Shown here: positions 22,796 through 36,882 of the stretch, piece by piece | Numbering within the stretch: position 1 is the stretch's first letter | Layout of the letters: each line of letters opens with the position of its first letter | The notes under the pieces: generated by a model | Databases searched by the model: none | The model's input: only the letters and a program-made list of their open reading frames with translations | What the model was told of the DNA's origin: nothing | Origin: Escherichia coli | GTDB taxonomy: Bacteria > Pseudomonadota > Gammaproteobacteria > Enterobacterales > Enterobacteriaceae | Assembly (NCBI RefSeq): GCF_011045215.1 | Contig: NZ_CP049201.1 | Length of the DNA stretch: 64,000 nt | Reading direction: 5' to 3' (one strand) | Program-made: the position numbers and the translations under genes

Positions 22796-25240
22796 TTACA
22801 CCTTTTCAACCTGAACAAGGTTTGTATGTGACGGATTCCCCTTAGCGAGAGGAGACGGACGTTGAGTGGTCAGTACGTTAATACAACCACCCTTATCGAC
22901 ACGTTTTGCATCCGGGTCATACCAGGCACCTTCACCCAGTGCGACCACACCCGGCATCATTCGTGGCGTCACTTTCGCCTCAATATGAACCTCACCACGA
23001 TCGTTAAAGATCCTGACTTTATCGCCGTTGTGGATACCGCGTTTTTGGGCATCAAGCGGGTTGATCCACATTTCCTGACGGCAAGCCGCTTTCAGCACAT
23101 CAACGTTGCCGTAAGTTGAGTGAACGCGAGATTTATAGTGGAAACCTGTAAGCTGCAGCGGATACTGTTTGTTCAGCGGATCCTGATAACTTTCAAAGCC
23201 CGGCGTGTAGATCGGCAGTGGATCGATCACATCGCCTTCTGGCAATTCCCAGGTAGCGGCAATGTCAGCCAGCGCCTGCGAATAAATCTCAATTTTGCCC
23301 GATGGCGTAGTCAGTGGGTTTGCCTGCGGATCTTCACGGAAGGCTTTATAAGCAACGTGATGCCCTTGTGGGTCGCGCTTTTTAAAGATCCCCTGCTTGC
23401 GGAACTCTTCAAACGTTGGCAGTTCAGGAATCGCTTCCCGCGACTGGGCATACAGATGCCGCATCCACTCTTCCTGGGTACGGCCTTCAGTAAACTGTTG
23501 CTCAACGCCAAGACGTTTTGCCAGTTCGCTGGTCATTTCATAGATGGTCTTACATTCAAAGCGCGGTTTAATCACCTGATCGTTGAAAATCACGTAAGAC
23601 ATATTCCCGCAGGATGCATCCAGTGCAAAGTCCATCTGTTCGGAAGCGGTACAGTCAGGCAGCAGGATGTCAGCATATTTCGCCGATGAAGTCATGTGGC
23701 AGTCGATAACCACAATCAGCTCGCACTTCTTATCATCCTGGAGGATTTCATGGGTACGGTTGATTTCAGAATGCTGGTTAATCAGGCAGTTACCGGCATA
23801 GTTCCAGATCATTTTGATCGGCACATCCAGCTTATCTTTCCCGCGCACACCATCACGCAGCGCCGTCATTTCCGGGCCACGTTCAATGGCATCGGTCCAC
23901 ATAAACATAGAAATGCTGGTCTGGATCGGGTTTTCCAGAGTCGGCATACGGACAAACGGTAAGCTGTATGAACCTTCACGCGCGCCGCTGTTCCCTCCAT
24001 TAATACCAACGTTACCGGTCAGAATCGCCAGCATCGAGATAGCACGGGTTGCGATTTCACCGTTAGCGTGACGCTGCGGGCCCCATCCCTGGCTGATAAA
24101 CGCCGGTTTGGTACTGCCGATTTCACGAGCCAGTTTGATGATTTTGTCTGCCGGAACACCGGTGATTTGCGAGGCCCATTCCGGTGTTTTAGCCACGCCA
24201 TCTGGCCCTTCACCCAGAATATAAGCTTTATAGTGGCCATTTTTCGGCGCACTGGCTGGCAGGGTTTTCTCGTCATAGCCAACGCAATATTTATCGAGGA
24301 ATGCCTGATCCACCAGGTTTTCGGTGATCATGACATACGCCAGACCGTTAACCAGTGCGGCATCTGTTCCTGGACGAATAGGGATCCACTCATCTTCGCG
24401 CCCGGCACCGGTGTCGGTATAGCGCGGATCGATGATGATCATGCGGGCATTAGATTTCTGACGCGCCTGTTCAAGATAGTAAGTCACCCCACCGCCACTC
24501 ATTCGCGTTTCGCCAGGGTTATTACCAAACAGCACTACCAGCTTACTGTTTTCGATATCCGACGGGCTGTTGCCATCTGCCCAGCCGCCCTAGGTATAGT
24601 TCAGACCTTCCGCAATTTGCGCGGAAGAGTAGTCACCGTAATGGTTCAGATAACCGCCGCAGCAGTTCATCAGCCGCGCGACCAGGGTATTTCCCGGCGG
24701 CCAGGAGCGGGTCATGGTGCCACCCAGCGTACCGGTGCCATAGTTAAGATAGATGGATTCGTTGCCGTACTCTTTGATCAGGCGCTGCATATTGGTCGCG
24801 ATGATGTCGTAGGCTTCTTCCCAGCTAATGCGCTCGAATTTGCCTTCACCGCGCGCCCCGACTCGTTTCATCGGATATTTCAGGCGGTCCGGATTATAGA
24901 CACGGCGACGCATGGAACGCCCACGCAAACAGGCGCGAACCTGGTGCAGGCCGTCGTAATTGTCATCGCCGGTATTGTCCGTTTCGACATATTTGATTTC
25001 ACCGTCCACGACGTGCATACGTAGCGGGCAGCGACTACCACAGTTAACTGTACAGGCGCTCCAGATAACCTTTTCGTCTGATTTTGTTGGAATGGCGCTA
25101 TCGACAGCGTGCGCAATCCGACTAAAAGGTAATGTTAATGCGCTGCTGGCCATTGCCAGGCCGCCGATCGCTGTCGTTTTTACCAAACCACGGCGACTCA
25201 CCTCAGCAGCCAATACCGCATCAGGGATTTTCGTTTTCAT
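22796..25240 (-). pseudogene. dmsA: DMSO reductase catalytic subunit dmsA interrupted by a single in-frame TAG codon at 24590..24592
   Basis: ORF 24590..25240 encodes the DmsA N-terminus with the twin-arginine signal (SRRGLVKTTAIGG) and ends ...AEGLNYT-stop. ORF 22796..24535 continues in the same frame (25240 and 24535 differ by 705 nt); the 18 codons in between read GGWADGNSPSDIENSKLV, so the reading frame is otherwise intact. Confidence 0.85.
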
Positions 25241-25478
25241 AATGGCTCACTCAAGCTTGCTCACGATTGATTCCAGTAACAAACCGTATTGTGTAATTAT
25301 TTCTATAGCAGATCGCTATATAGGCTTGTATACATCGAATAATTTGAAAATCAAAGAGATAGGTAGATTTTCACTCGAAAGTAGTATTACGTGTAAGTGA
25401 GGAGTAATTATTGTTCGGTATCAAAGGGAGACAAAAAAAGCGCCCGCAGGCGCTTTTTAGATTCAGAAAAATTAGGTA

Positions 25479-26792
<1,314 letters not shown>

Positions 26793-26861
26793 TTAAATGG
26801 GAGATGTGGCCACAGCCTGCGACCACAGGGATACAGTAACAACATTACCGCAACGATAACA

Positions 26862-28205
26862 TTAACGGTAGCGTTTTATGGGGCTATTTTGATCCTGTTC
26901 AGCCAGCCAGGCGAGCTTTTCGCCAATCTTGCCTTCAAGGCCCCTGTTTGACGGGAAATAATAGCGTGTTTGTGCTATTTCCGGCGGGAAGTAAACCTCA
27001 CCGGCAGCATAAGCGTTTGCTTCATCATGAGCGTAACGATATTCCTGCCCATAGCCCATTTCCTTCATTAATTTCGTCGGCGCATTACGCAAATGAACCG
27101 GTACGTCATAATCCGGACGTTCGCGAGCATCGGCCAACGCGGCTTTAAACGCAGTGTAGACAGCGTTACTTTTTGGCGCGCAGGCCAGGTAAACAATCGC
27201 CTGAGCAATGGCGCGTTCACCTTCCGCCGGGCCAACGCGAGTAAAGCAATCCCAGGCTGCAATTGCCACCTGCATCGCTCGTGGATCAGCATTACCCACA
27301 TCTTCAGACGCAATCGCCAGACAGCGACGCGCAACATATAACGGATCGCCACCGGCAGTAATAATTCGCGCATACCAGTACAGCGCCGCATCGGGTGCGC
27401 TACCACGTACCGATTTATGCAGTGCGGAAATGAGATCGTAAAAGCGATCACCTTTGTTATCAAAGCGGGCACTACGTTCACCTGCGATTTCGGTCAGTAA
27501 TTCAGGCTTCAGGACCCGCTTACCGCTATCATCGACTTCGGCCATATCCGCCATCATTTCCAGCGTATTTAACGCCCGGCGCGCGTCGCCATTCACCAGT
27601 TCAGCAATGGCGCGTCGTGTTTCATCTGGCAGAACAATATCCTGACCACCATAGCCACGGGTTTTGTCTTCCATCGCCTGAGTTAGTACTTGCTGAATAT
27701 CCTCTGTACTCAGGGATTTCAACAGATAGACACGGGCACGGGAAAGCAGTGCCGAATTAAGCTCAAACGACGGGTTTTCAGTGGTTGCGCCAATAAAAGT
27801 GATGGTGCCGTCTTCAATATGTGGCAGAAATGCATCCTGCTGGCTTTTGTTGAAACGGTGAACTTCGTCAACAAAAAGAATAGTGCGGCGACCTGCATTG
27901 CGGTTTTGCCGGGCGCGCTCGATCGCCTCGCGAATCTCTTTCACGCCAGAGGTGACGGCAGAAATACGTTCCACATCAGCGTTCGCATAGCGGGCAATCA
28001 CTTCAGCGAGGGTTGTTTTGCCGGTACCCGGTGGCCCCCAGAGGATCATAGAATGTAAATGCCCGGCTTCGATAGCGCGCGGCAACGGCTTCCCCGCAGC
28101 CAGCAAATGTTGCTGGCCGATATACTGTGCTAAATTTTCTGGCCGCATACGCGCGGCCAGAGGTTGAAAAGTATTATCCGAAAAATCGAGCGACAGATTG
28201 CTCAC
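26862..28205 (-). CDS. rarA: Replication-associated recombination protein A (AAA+ ATPase, MgsA/YcaJ)
   Basis: 447-aa ORF with Walker [12 protein letters not shown]; conserved lolA-rarA-serS order. Confidence 0.95.
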   Translation of the reverse strand: MSNLSLDFSDNTFQPLAARMRPENLAQYIGQQHLLAAGKPLPRAIEAGHLHSMILWGPPGTGKTTLAEVIARYANADVERISAVTSGVKEIREAIERARQNRNAGRRTILFVDEVHRFNKSQQDAFLPHIEDGTITFIGATTENPSFELNSALLSRARVYLLKSLSTEDIQQVLTQAMEDKTRGYGGQDIVLPDETRRAIAELVNGDARRALNTLEMMADMAEVDDSGKRVLKPELLTEIAGERSARFDNKGDRFYDLISALHKSVRGSAPDAALYWYARIITAGGDPLYVARRCLAIASEDVGNADPRAMQVAIAAWDCFTRVGPAEGERAIAQAIVYLACAPKSNAVYTAFKAALADARERPDYDVPVHLRNAPTKLMKEMGYGQEYRYAHDEANAYAAGEVYFPPEIAQTRYYFPSNRGLEGKIGEKLAWLAEQDQNSPIKRYR

Positions 28206-28215
28206 TCAGGTGCCT

Positions 28216-28830
28216 CTACTTACGTTGATCATCTACCGTGACGCCTTGCGGCGGGGTGAAGGTAAATTTCGCTGCATCCACAGCCCCATTTTGCTGGGAT
28301 TTCAGTTGATAACTGCTGCGCTGATCGTCCTGCTCCACCGCGCTAAACTGATGGATTGTGCCATCACGTCCCACGTTAATGGTGAACTGCTTCAGATTGC
28401 CATTGCTGGCTTTCGGCGTCAGGACAAAGTCATCGCCATTCTGTTTGATATTGTACTGCTGCCAGTCGCTGGACTGGTTGCGGGCAATCAGCATAAACGG
28501 CGTATTACCGGTGGCATCTTTCAGCCAGGTTGCCGTAGCTTGCTCAACGAACGGGTTATAGAACCACAGTGTTTTACCGTCAGAAACCAGAATGCTTTCA
28601 TCAGGTTGTGTCATATGCCAGTTGAATAAGTTTGGACGTTTCACCCACAGATCGCCCTGACCTTCCTGCACCGCCGCGCCGCTACCATCAGTCACTTTTT
28701 GTGTGAAGCTGGCGTGGAAGCTGCTGACTTTATCCAGGCGGCTTTTCAGATCGCTTGCGGCATCAGCCCAAACGCTGCTTGCTACTAAGCTTGAGAGTAA
28801 TGCACAGGTGATGGCAATTTTTTTCATCAT
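28216..28830 (-). CDS. lolA: Outer-membrane lipoprotein carrier protein LolA
   Basis: 204-aa [49 protein letters not shown]... with signal peptide. Confidence 0.95.
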
Positions 28831-28934
28831 TATTCCTCAAATTACGTCACTCCCGATCGGGAGTTCCCTCTACTCTCTATTCCAGGCTAATAATCAGCTT
28901 GAGGAAAGAAGAAAATACTGAATTTTCAGTTGAT

Positions 28935-28978
28935 AGAGTGCCGGATGCGACGCTACCGCGCCTTATCCGGCAATGCAT
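28935..28978. repeat. REP (repetitive extragenic palindromic) element between ftsK and lolA (approximate)
   Basis: GCCGGATGCGACGCT...CGCGCCTTATCCGGC palindromic-unit consensus. Confidence 0.7.
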
Positions 28979-28981
28979 TAA

Positions 28982-31900
28982 TTAGTCAAACGGCGGTGGG
29001 GCCAGCACTTCACGATTACCGTTGTGCCCCTGTTCGCTGACAATCCCCTGCGCTTCCATCTGTTCGATAATACGCGCTGCACGGTTATAACCAATGCGGA
29101 ACTGACGCTGTACGCCAGAAATTGACGCTTTGCGTTTTTCAGTGACAAACTGCACCGCCTGATCGAACAACGGATCCAGTTCTTCAGCGCCATCGAAACC
29201 GCCCGCGCCACCTTCGCTTTCACTGTCGGAAGTGATGCCATCAACATACTGTGGGCGACCACGCGCTTTCCAGTCCTGCACCACGGCATGAACTTCCTGA
29301 TCGCGAACAAAAGCACCATGGACACGTACCGGCAACGTGGAGTTCGGCCCAGAGTAGAGCATATCCCCCATACCCAGCAGTGATTCCGCGCCAGCCTGAT
29401 CAAGAATGGTACGTGAGTCAATCTTACTGGATACGGTAAAGGCGATACGGGTCGGAATATTCGCTTTAATCAGACCAGTAATAACATCAACCGATGGACG
29501 CTGAGTTGCCAGTACGAGGTGGATACCCGCGGCACGGGCTTTTTGCGCCAGACGTGCTATCAGCTCTTCCACTTTTTTACCTACCGTCATCATCAGGTCG
29601 GCAAATTCGTCAACCAACACCACAATGTATGGTTCTTTTTTCAGCACCGGATGCTGGGCATCCATACTGTCACCCGGCTTCCAGTACGGGTCTGGAATCG
29701 GACGCATCATGCGATCGGCTTCAGCAATTTTTTCGTTATAACCCGCCAGATTACGCACACCCAGCGCAGACATCAGTTTATACCGACGCTCCATCTCGTT
29801 AACACACCAGCGCAGCGCGTTGGCGGCATCTTTCATATCAGTAACGACTTCCGTTAACAGATGCGGAATGCCTTCATAAACCGAAAGCTCCAGCATTTTC
29901 GGGTCGATCATGATGAAACGCACATCTTCTGGCTGTGCTTTATAAAGCATGCTCAGGATCATCGCGTTCACACCGACAGATTTACCGGAACCGGTAGTCC
30001 CCGCAACCAACAAGTGCGGCATTTTCGCCAGATCGGCAACCACCGGCTCACCGGCGATATCTTTACCCAGCACCACGGTTAATGGCGACGGATTATCGCG
30101 GAATTTGGCGTTATCCAAAACTTCGCGCAGATAAACGGTTTGTCGTTTTTTATTCGGTAACTCCAGACCTACATAGGGTTTGCCAGGAATAACTTCAACG
30201 ACACGCACCGCCACCGTCGAAAGTGAACGGGCAAGGTCCCGTGACAAGTTAGAAATGCGCGCCGCTTTTACGCCCGGTGCCAGGTTCAATTCAAAGCGAG
30301 TGATAACCGGCCCCGGAGAGTAATTGACGACATCGGCTTTAATACGGAAATCAGCCAGACGCGCTTCCACCAGGCGAGCCATTTGTTCAAGCGCAAAGGT
30401 ATCTACCGGCTCCACTTCGCTCGGCGGCGGTGTCAGCAAATCCAGAGAAGGCAGCGGCGTCGTCGGTTTATGCAACGGACGGCTGTCGCCATTACGCATC
30501 AACAGCGGATGAAGCAGGGTATCCTGCTGCTGCGGTGCAACCGGTTGTTGCGGCTGCTGTACAGGTTCAACAATTGGCGTAAACAACGGTTCGTGTGGAC
30601 CATCATCCAGCAACGCTTTCATTGGCGAAAATTCAAAATCATCCAGCGAGAACGGATTCGCCCCAGCCGGTTGTTCGCCGGAATAACGTTGTTGTTGAGT
30701 TTGCGCAAACTGACGAGCCAGTTCAGCCTCTGCCGCAGCATCTGCATCTTCTGCGTTTACGGGCACATCATGTTGATACTGTTCGCCATAGCGTTGCTGC
30801 TGTGTCTGGGCGAACTGACGTGCCAGTTCATCCTGCTGCATCGCATCGATTTCATCATCGTTGTACTGATCGCCAGAATCGTACTGATTGCGCTGGGCTT
30901 CACGGGCTTTTTCTTCCGCCGCACGCTGTGAGGGCAGCTTAATACCGTAAGACGCCAGTTCACGACGAGTTGGCACGCGGATACGTTTCGGTCGTGGCAA
31001 CTGCGGGCCAATCCCCTCTTTGACCTGCGGACGCGGTCCACCGCTATTTGCCAGACTGAAGACTGGCGCGGCAACGGTTGCGGCAGCCCCCGTCGCCAGT
31101 GTCGCTTTTTTCACGCCAGATGCCAGCGGAGAAACAGCGGCAGCGGTTTCTACTGGAGGTACTGCTGCAACAGAAAGTGCTTTCAGCGAAGATTTGATCG
31201 GTTCTGGTTCTTTAACCGGTTCTGGAATCGGTTGATACCAGGCCGCAAGTTGTTCACGTTCACGGGCTCGCTTCTCTTCCACTTCTTCAAAGTAGTAAAG
31301 CGGCGGACGCGCGGGTTTTGTCTCTTCTACAACGGGTTCAGGCTCCACAACAGGCTGCTGTTCAACAGGTTGCGGCTGTTGGTACAACGGCTCCTGAGCG
31401 GCTGGCTGCTGATAAGTTTGCTCAGTCTGGTATGTAGACTGTGGAGCAAAAGTGGATTGCTGCTCTTCGGCTTGCCAGGCGTTACCTGCCACCGGTTGTT
31501 CTGGCGCAGGGGCATAATACGGCTGTTGCGCAGGCTGTTCCGGCGCAGTTGCGTAATACGGTTGCTGAACAGGTTGTTCCGCCGCAGGAGCGTAGTAAGG
31601 TTGTTGCGCAGGTTGTTCAGCTGCAGGTGCATAATACGGCTGCTGCGGCTGTACTGGTTGTTGCAGCGGCTCATTATATTGCACTGCAGGCTGCGCATAT
31701 TGTGACTGCTGTGGGTAACCTTCCGGTGCAGGAGCAATAACCGGCTCTCCCGTTTGTGGACCCGGTACAGGCTGCCAGGCTACTGTAGGTTGCGAAGGTG
31801 GAACATCAACAGAGGCAACAGGCGGCGTCTGAGTCACAGGTTCAACCGGCGCAGCCCAGCTTTGTGTCGCCGTGGTAGCAGCAGCTGCCACAGCGACAGG

Positions 31901-32854
31901 TTCGGTAATTGGCGCACCGTTTAATAATGGATCGTATTCGTCATATTCTGGCTGCGTTGCACGATTGCCCGAAAATAGGACGTCGTCCGGGTCGGCAGCC
32001 ACACCGCGTGCAGTGTAGGTAATCTCTTCGTCATCATCCATCCGCTTACCGGAGAACAACGCAGCGTCTGTTTGCCGCCCCATCGGATTAATGAATTTTT
32101 CCGCCAACCGTTTACGACGCGCTAGCGCGCCGCGAAGAATACGGGCACGGCGTGATTCATGCTGTTTGCCGTGGTTTTCATCTTCATACTCTTCGTCATC
32201 TTCATATTCATCTTCATCGACCCAGGTATCATCGCGACGGGTACGATTACTAGCGAAGGTGAGAATGTTTAAAATCCAGCCGCCGAGTTTTTCAGCAATG
32301 GTCACCCATGACCAACCGGTGAACAGCGTCAGGCCCGCAGCCCAAACGCAGAGCAGCGCAATAGTTCCCCCGCTACTGTGTAGCAGTGGTTGTAGCGTAG
32401 TGCTTAGTAAGCTGCCAATGACGCCACCGGAGGCAAAATACCAGATATCGTCAGCGTTGATTGCCGCCAGACCACAGGAGGTAAGGATGAGCGCCAAAAC
32501 GCCAATGATGCGTAGCGAAACGGCAAAATAATCAATGTATTCGTCACTGGACTGATGACGCCAGGCAAACCAACAACCGCCGACAATAATGACGGGAATG
32601 GTGTAAGCCATCACGCCAAAAATAAAGAACAGCGTATCTGCCAGCCACGCACCGGGCATCCCACCTAAATTATGGATAGGTTCATGCCAGGCCGTTTGCG
32701 ACCAGCTGGGGTCCGAAGGGTTAAAGCTTAGTAAGGCAGCCATCAACCAGACGGCAAACAGGACAATAAGGATCAGCAACGCCTCCAGAAGGCGGCGGCC
32801 GCTACTTAACTTTGTCAATGTGACTTCTTTGTCTTCAGTGTATTCCTGGCTCAA
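28982..32854 (-). CDS. ftsK: DNA translocase FtsK
   Basis: 1290-aa [36 protein letters not shown]...; N-terminal membrane domain, Pro/Gln-rich linker, C-terminal motor with Walker A GTTGSGKS. Confidence 0.95.
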   Translation of the reverse strand: MSQEYTEDKEVTLTKLSSGRRLLEALLILIVLFAVWLMAALLSFNPSDPSWSQTAWHEPIHNLGGMPGAWLADTLFFIFGVMAYTIPVIIVGGCWFAWRHQSSDEYIDYFAVSLRIIGVLALILTSCGLAAINADDIWYFASGGVIGSLLSTTLQPLLHSSGGTIALLCVWAAGLTLFTGWSWVTIAEKLGGWILNILTFASNRTRRDDTWVDEDEYEDDEEYEDENHGKQHESRRARILRGALARRKRLAEKFINPMGRQTDAALFSGKRMDDDEEITYTARGVAADPDDVLFSGNRATQPEYDEYDPLLNGAPITEPVAVAAAATTATQSWAAPVEPVTQTPPVASVDVPPSQPTVAWQPVPGPQTGEPVIAPAPEGYPQQSQYAQPAVQYNEPLQQPVQPQQPYYAPAAEQPAQQPYYAPAAEQPVQQPYYATAPEQPAQQPYYAPAPEQPVAGNAWQAEEQQSTFAPQSTYQTEQTYQQPAAQEPLYQQPQPVEQQPVVEPEPVVEETKPARPPLYYFEEVEEKRAREREQLAAWYQPIPEPVKEPEPIKSSLKALSVAAVPPVETAAAVSPLASGVKKATLATGAAATVAAPVFSLANSGGPRPQVKEGIGPQLPRPKRIRVPTRRELASYGIKLPSQRAAEEKAREAQRNQYDSGDQYNDDEIDAMQQDELARQFAQTQQQRYGEQYQHDVPVNAEDADAAAEAELARQFAQTQQQRYSGEQPAGANPFSLDDFEFSPMKALLDDGPHEPLFTPIVEPVQQPQQPVAPQQQDTLLHPLLMRNGDSRPLHKPTTPLPSLDLLTPPPSEVEPVDTFALEQMARLVEARLADFRIKADVVNYSPGPVITRFELNLAPGVKAARISNLSRDLARSLSTVAVRVVEVIPGKPYVGLELPNKKRQTVYLREVLDNAKFRDNPSPLTVVLGKDIAGEPVVADLAKMPHLLVAGTTGSGKSVGVNAMILSMLYKAQPEDVRFIMIDPKMLELSVYEGIPHLLTEVVTDMKDAANALRWCVNEMERRYKLMSALGVRNLAGYNEKIAEADRMMRPIPDPYWKPGDSMDAQHPVLKKEPYIVVLVDEFADLMMTVGKKVEELIARLAQKARAAGIHLVLATQRPSVDVITGLIKANIPTRIAFTVSSKIDSRTILDQAGAESLLGMGDMLYSGPNSTLPVRVHGAFVRDQEVHAVVQDWKARGRPQYVDGITSDSESEGGAGGFDGAEELDPLFDQAVQFVTEKRKASISGVQRQFRIGYNRAARIIEQMEAQGIVSEQGHNGNREVLAPPPFD
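31440..31700 (-). repeat. In-frame tandem repeats in the FtsK linker (QPYYAPA(A/P)EQP(A/V)QQ units; approximate)
   Basis: Protein shows [55 protein letters not shown]; the matching nucleotide repeats are visible around 31.5-31.7 kb. Confidence 0.7.
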
Positions 32855-32988
32855 GAAAGGCTCTCCAGGTTACAGGCTTTTCCTGCCCGATGCTAAAACG
32901 GACAACAGTACCAGGTTACCCCAGTACTGTTGCTGTATGGATTAACAGGAGTGTAATCAAAATACGCCGATTTTGCACCTGTTCCGTG

Positions 32989-33483
32989 TTAGCGCGTCTT
33001 AATAACCAGACGATTACTCTGCTTGACTTCTTCCATAACAACGTATGTCCGTGTGTCATTGACGCCAGGCAGACGCAGCAGGGTTTCCCCCAGCAACTTA
33101 CGGTAAGCTGACATATCCGGCACGCGTGTTTTCAACAGGTAGTCGAAATCACCGGATACTAAATGACACTCCTGAATTTCTTCAAGTTTTTGTACAGCGG
33201 TATTGAATTGTTCAAACACATCCGGTGCGCCACGATTCAGAGTAATCTCAACAAATACCAGAAGTGATGCATCCAGATAATGGGGGTTCAGCAGCGCCGT
33301 ATAGCCCTGAATAAACCCTTGTCTTTCCAGCCGACGCACACGCTCAAGGCACGGCGTTGGGGAAAGTCCCACACGTTTAGAAAGCTCGACGTTAGAAATA
33401 CGCCCATCCTTTTGCAACTCATTAAGAATGTTACGATCGATACGGTCGAGATCTTTGCCAGGGCGCTTCTTGCTATCTACCAT
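32989..33483 (-). CDS. lrp: Leucine-responsive regulatory protein
   Basis: ORF 32989..33537; canonical Lrp starts at the internal MVDSKKRPGKDLDRIDRNILNELQKDGRISNVELSKRVGLSPTPC (start ~33483, 164 aa). Confidence 0.95.
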   Translation of the reverse strand: MVDSKKRPGKDLDRIDRNILNELQKDGRISNVELSKRVGLSPTPCLERVRRLERQGFIQGYTALLNPHYLDASLLVFVEITLNRGAPDVFEQFNTAVQKLEEIQECHLVSGDFDYLLKTRVPDMSAYRKLLGETLLRLPGVNDTRTYVVMEEVKQSNRLVIKTR

Positions 33484-33853
33484 TATTATTGTCTCTCTGT
33501 ATTCCTTCCCTACTCCTGTCTGACCCTGAAACATCACTGTTCAGAGTCGCTACCCGTCACGATAGACCGAAATCATGAAGATTCACGGCGCGCAATGCCT
33601 GGGTCTACGGTGAGAAGACCGTTGCCTTGTGGCAGCTATCGACATCACGAATGGCGTCTGTCCACGCCATACGTAGATTTCACTAGCACGGTAAACATGG
33701 TATTTACATGCATGGTTATGCGCATATAAGAATACTGTTTTTTTTCTTCCTCGAATGTTTTCGCAAAACACCAGGGGATTGTCAAAGCAAAACATCGATT
33801 TTTAGTACAACATGCCAGATATTCATTAACAGGGGCGTTTATTCATCATTTAA

Positions 33854-34993
<1,140 letters not shown>

Positions 34994-35017
34994 TTTTACA
35001 AATCAGTAACAAAAGTA

Positions 35018-35056
35018 AAGAAGGCGACACCATGCGACTATGGGTCGCCTTTATTT
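35018..35056 (+). terminator. Putative terminator after trxB (approximate)
   Basis: GGCGAC...GTCGCC stem followed by TTTATTTTTT. Confidence 0.5.
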
Positions 35057-35115
35057 TTTCCCCGTTGTAACATTGCTCTGCAAATAATTCTGATAACTCA
35101 CCTGCTAAGCGTGCA

Positions 35116-36882
35116 ATGAATAAATCTCGTCAAAAAGAGTTAACCCGCTGGTTAAAACAGCAAAGCGTCATCTCCCAACGTTGGCTGAATATTTCTCGTC
35201 TGCTGGGCTTTGTGAGCGGCATATTGATCATTGCCCAGGCCTGGTTCATGGCGCGAATTCTGCAACATATGATTATGGAGAATATTCCCCGTGAAGCCCT
35301 GCTGCTTCCCTTTACGTTACTGGTTCTGACCTTTGTACTGCGCGCATGGGTGGTCTGGTTACGCGAACGGGTGGGTTATCACGCCGGGCAGCATATCCGC
35401 TTTGCCATCCGCCGGCAGGTTCTCGACCGTCTGCAACAAGCAGGGCCAGCGTGGATTCAGGGTAAACCTGCGGGGAGCTGGGCGACGCTGGTACTCGAGC
35501 AAATTGACGATATGCATGATTACTATGCACGCTACCTGCCGCAAATGGCGCTGGCAGTGTCGGTGCCGTTGCTGATTGTGGTGGCAATCTTCCCCTCAAA
35601 CTGGGCTGCGGCGCTCATTCTGCTGGGCACTGCACCGTTAATTCCGTTGTTTATGGCGCTGGTTGGAATGGGGGCTGCCGATGCTAACCGACGTAACTTT
35701 CTCGCTCTTGCTCGCTTAAGTGGGCATTTCCTCGATCGCCTGCGCGGCATGGAAACATTGCGTATTTTTGGTCGTGGTGAAGCTGAAATTGAAAGTATTC
35801 GTTCTGCTTCGGAAGATTTCCGCCAACGGACAATGGAAGTGCTACGGCTGGCATTTTTATCCTCCGGCATTCTCGAATTTTTTACCTCGCTGTCAATTGC
35901 TCTGGTGGCGGTCTACTTTGGTTTTTCCTATCTCGGCGAGCTGGATTTTGGTCACTACGATACTGGCGTGACGCTGGCTGCGGGTTTTCTGGCCCTGATC
36001 CTTGCGCCAGAGTTTTTCCAGCCATTACGCGATCTCGGTACGTTTTATCATGCTAAAGCCCAGGCTGTTGGTGCAGCTGACAGTCTGAAAACGTTTATGG
36101 AAACCCCGCTCGCCCATCCGCAGCGTGGCGAGGTGGAATTAGCATCGACCGATCCGGTGACCATTGAGGCCGAGGATCTGTTTATCACGTCGCCGGAAGG
36201 TAAAACGCTGGCCGGACCGCTGAACTTTACTTTGCCAGCAGGCCAACGTGCAGTGTTGGTTGGTCGCAGCGGTTCAGGTAAAAGCTCACTGCTGAACGCG
36301 CTTTCTGGTTTTCTCTCATATCAGGGATCATTACGAATCAACGGGATAGAATTACGTGATTTATCACCAGAATCATGGCGTAAACATCTCTCCTGGGTTG
36401 GGCAAAACCCACAATTACCGGCAGCAACATTGCGGGATAACGTACTACTGGCGCGACCTGATGCCAGCGAACAAGAATTACAAGCAGCGCTGGATAACGC
36501 CTGGGTCAGCGAGTTTCTACCGCTCCTGCCACAAGGCGTTGATACGCCTGTTGGCGACCAGGCTGCCCGCCTTTCCGTGGGGCAGGCGCAGCGCGTGGCG
36601 GTGGCCCGTGCGTTACTAAATCCCTGTTCGCTATTACTGTTGGATGAACCCGCTGCCAGCCTTGATGCTCACAGTGAACAGCGCGTAATGGAGGCGCTGA
36701 ATGCCGCCTCTCTGCGCCAGACAACGTTAATGGTCACCCACCAGTTAGAAGATCTTGCTGACTGGGATGTCATTTGGGTTATGCAGGATGGCCGGATTAT
36801 TGAGCAAGGACGTTACGCGGAATTAAGTGTGGCTGGTGGCCCATTCGCCACATTACTGGCCCATCGTCAGGAGGAGATTTAA
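35116..36882 (+). CDS. cydD: Cysteine/glutathione ABC exporter subunit CydD
   Basis: 588-aa ORF with six-TM domain plus ABC ATPase (Walker A GRSGSGKSS); immediately followed by cydC. Confidence 0.95.
   Translation: MNKSRQKELTRWLKQQSVISQRWLNISRLLGFVSGILIIAQAWFMARILQHMIMENIPREALLLPFTLLVLTFVLRAWVVWLRERVGYHAGQHIRFAIRRQVLDRLQQAGPAWIQGKPAGSWATLVLEQIDDMHDYYARYLPQMALAVSVPLLIVVAIFPSNWAAALILLGTAPLIPLFMALVGMGAADANRRNFLALARLSGHFLDRLRGMETLRIFGRGEAEIESIRSASEDFRQRTMEVLRLAFLSSGILEFFTSLSIALVAVYFGFSYLGELDFGHYDTGVTLAAGFLALILAPEFFQPLRDLGTFYHAKAQAVGAADSLKTFMETPLAHPQRGEVELASTDPVTIEAEDLFITSPEGKTLAGPLNFTLPAGQRAVLVGRSGSGKSSLLNALSGFLSYQGSLRINGIELRDLSPESWRKHLSWVGQNPQLPAATLRDNVLLARPDASEQELQAALDNAWVSEFLPLLPQGVDTPVGDQAARLSVGQAQRVAVARALLNPCSLLLLDEPAASLDAHSEQRVMEALNAASLRQTTLMVTHQLEDLADWDVIWVMQDGRIIEQGRYAELSVAGGPFATLLAHRQEEI

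Noticed and set aside
21685-22845. 386-aa plus-strand ORF
   Set aside because: Antisense to dmsC and dmsB, which are clearly coding on the minus strand.
24068-25024. 318-aa plus-strand ORF
   Set aside because: Antisense to the dmsA N-terminal region; the dmsA frame carries the Tat signal and conserved sequence.
30383-31705. Several Arg/Leu-rich plus-strand ORFs (182 aa, 157 aa and others)
   Set aside because: These are alternative-frame or antisense readings of the repetitive ftsK linker region, not independent genes.
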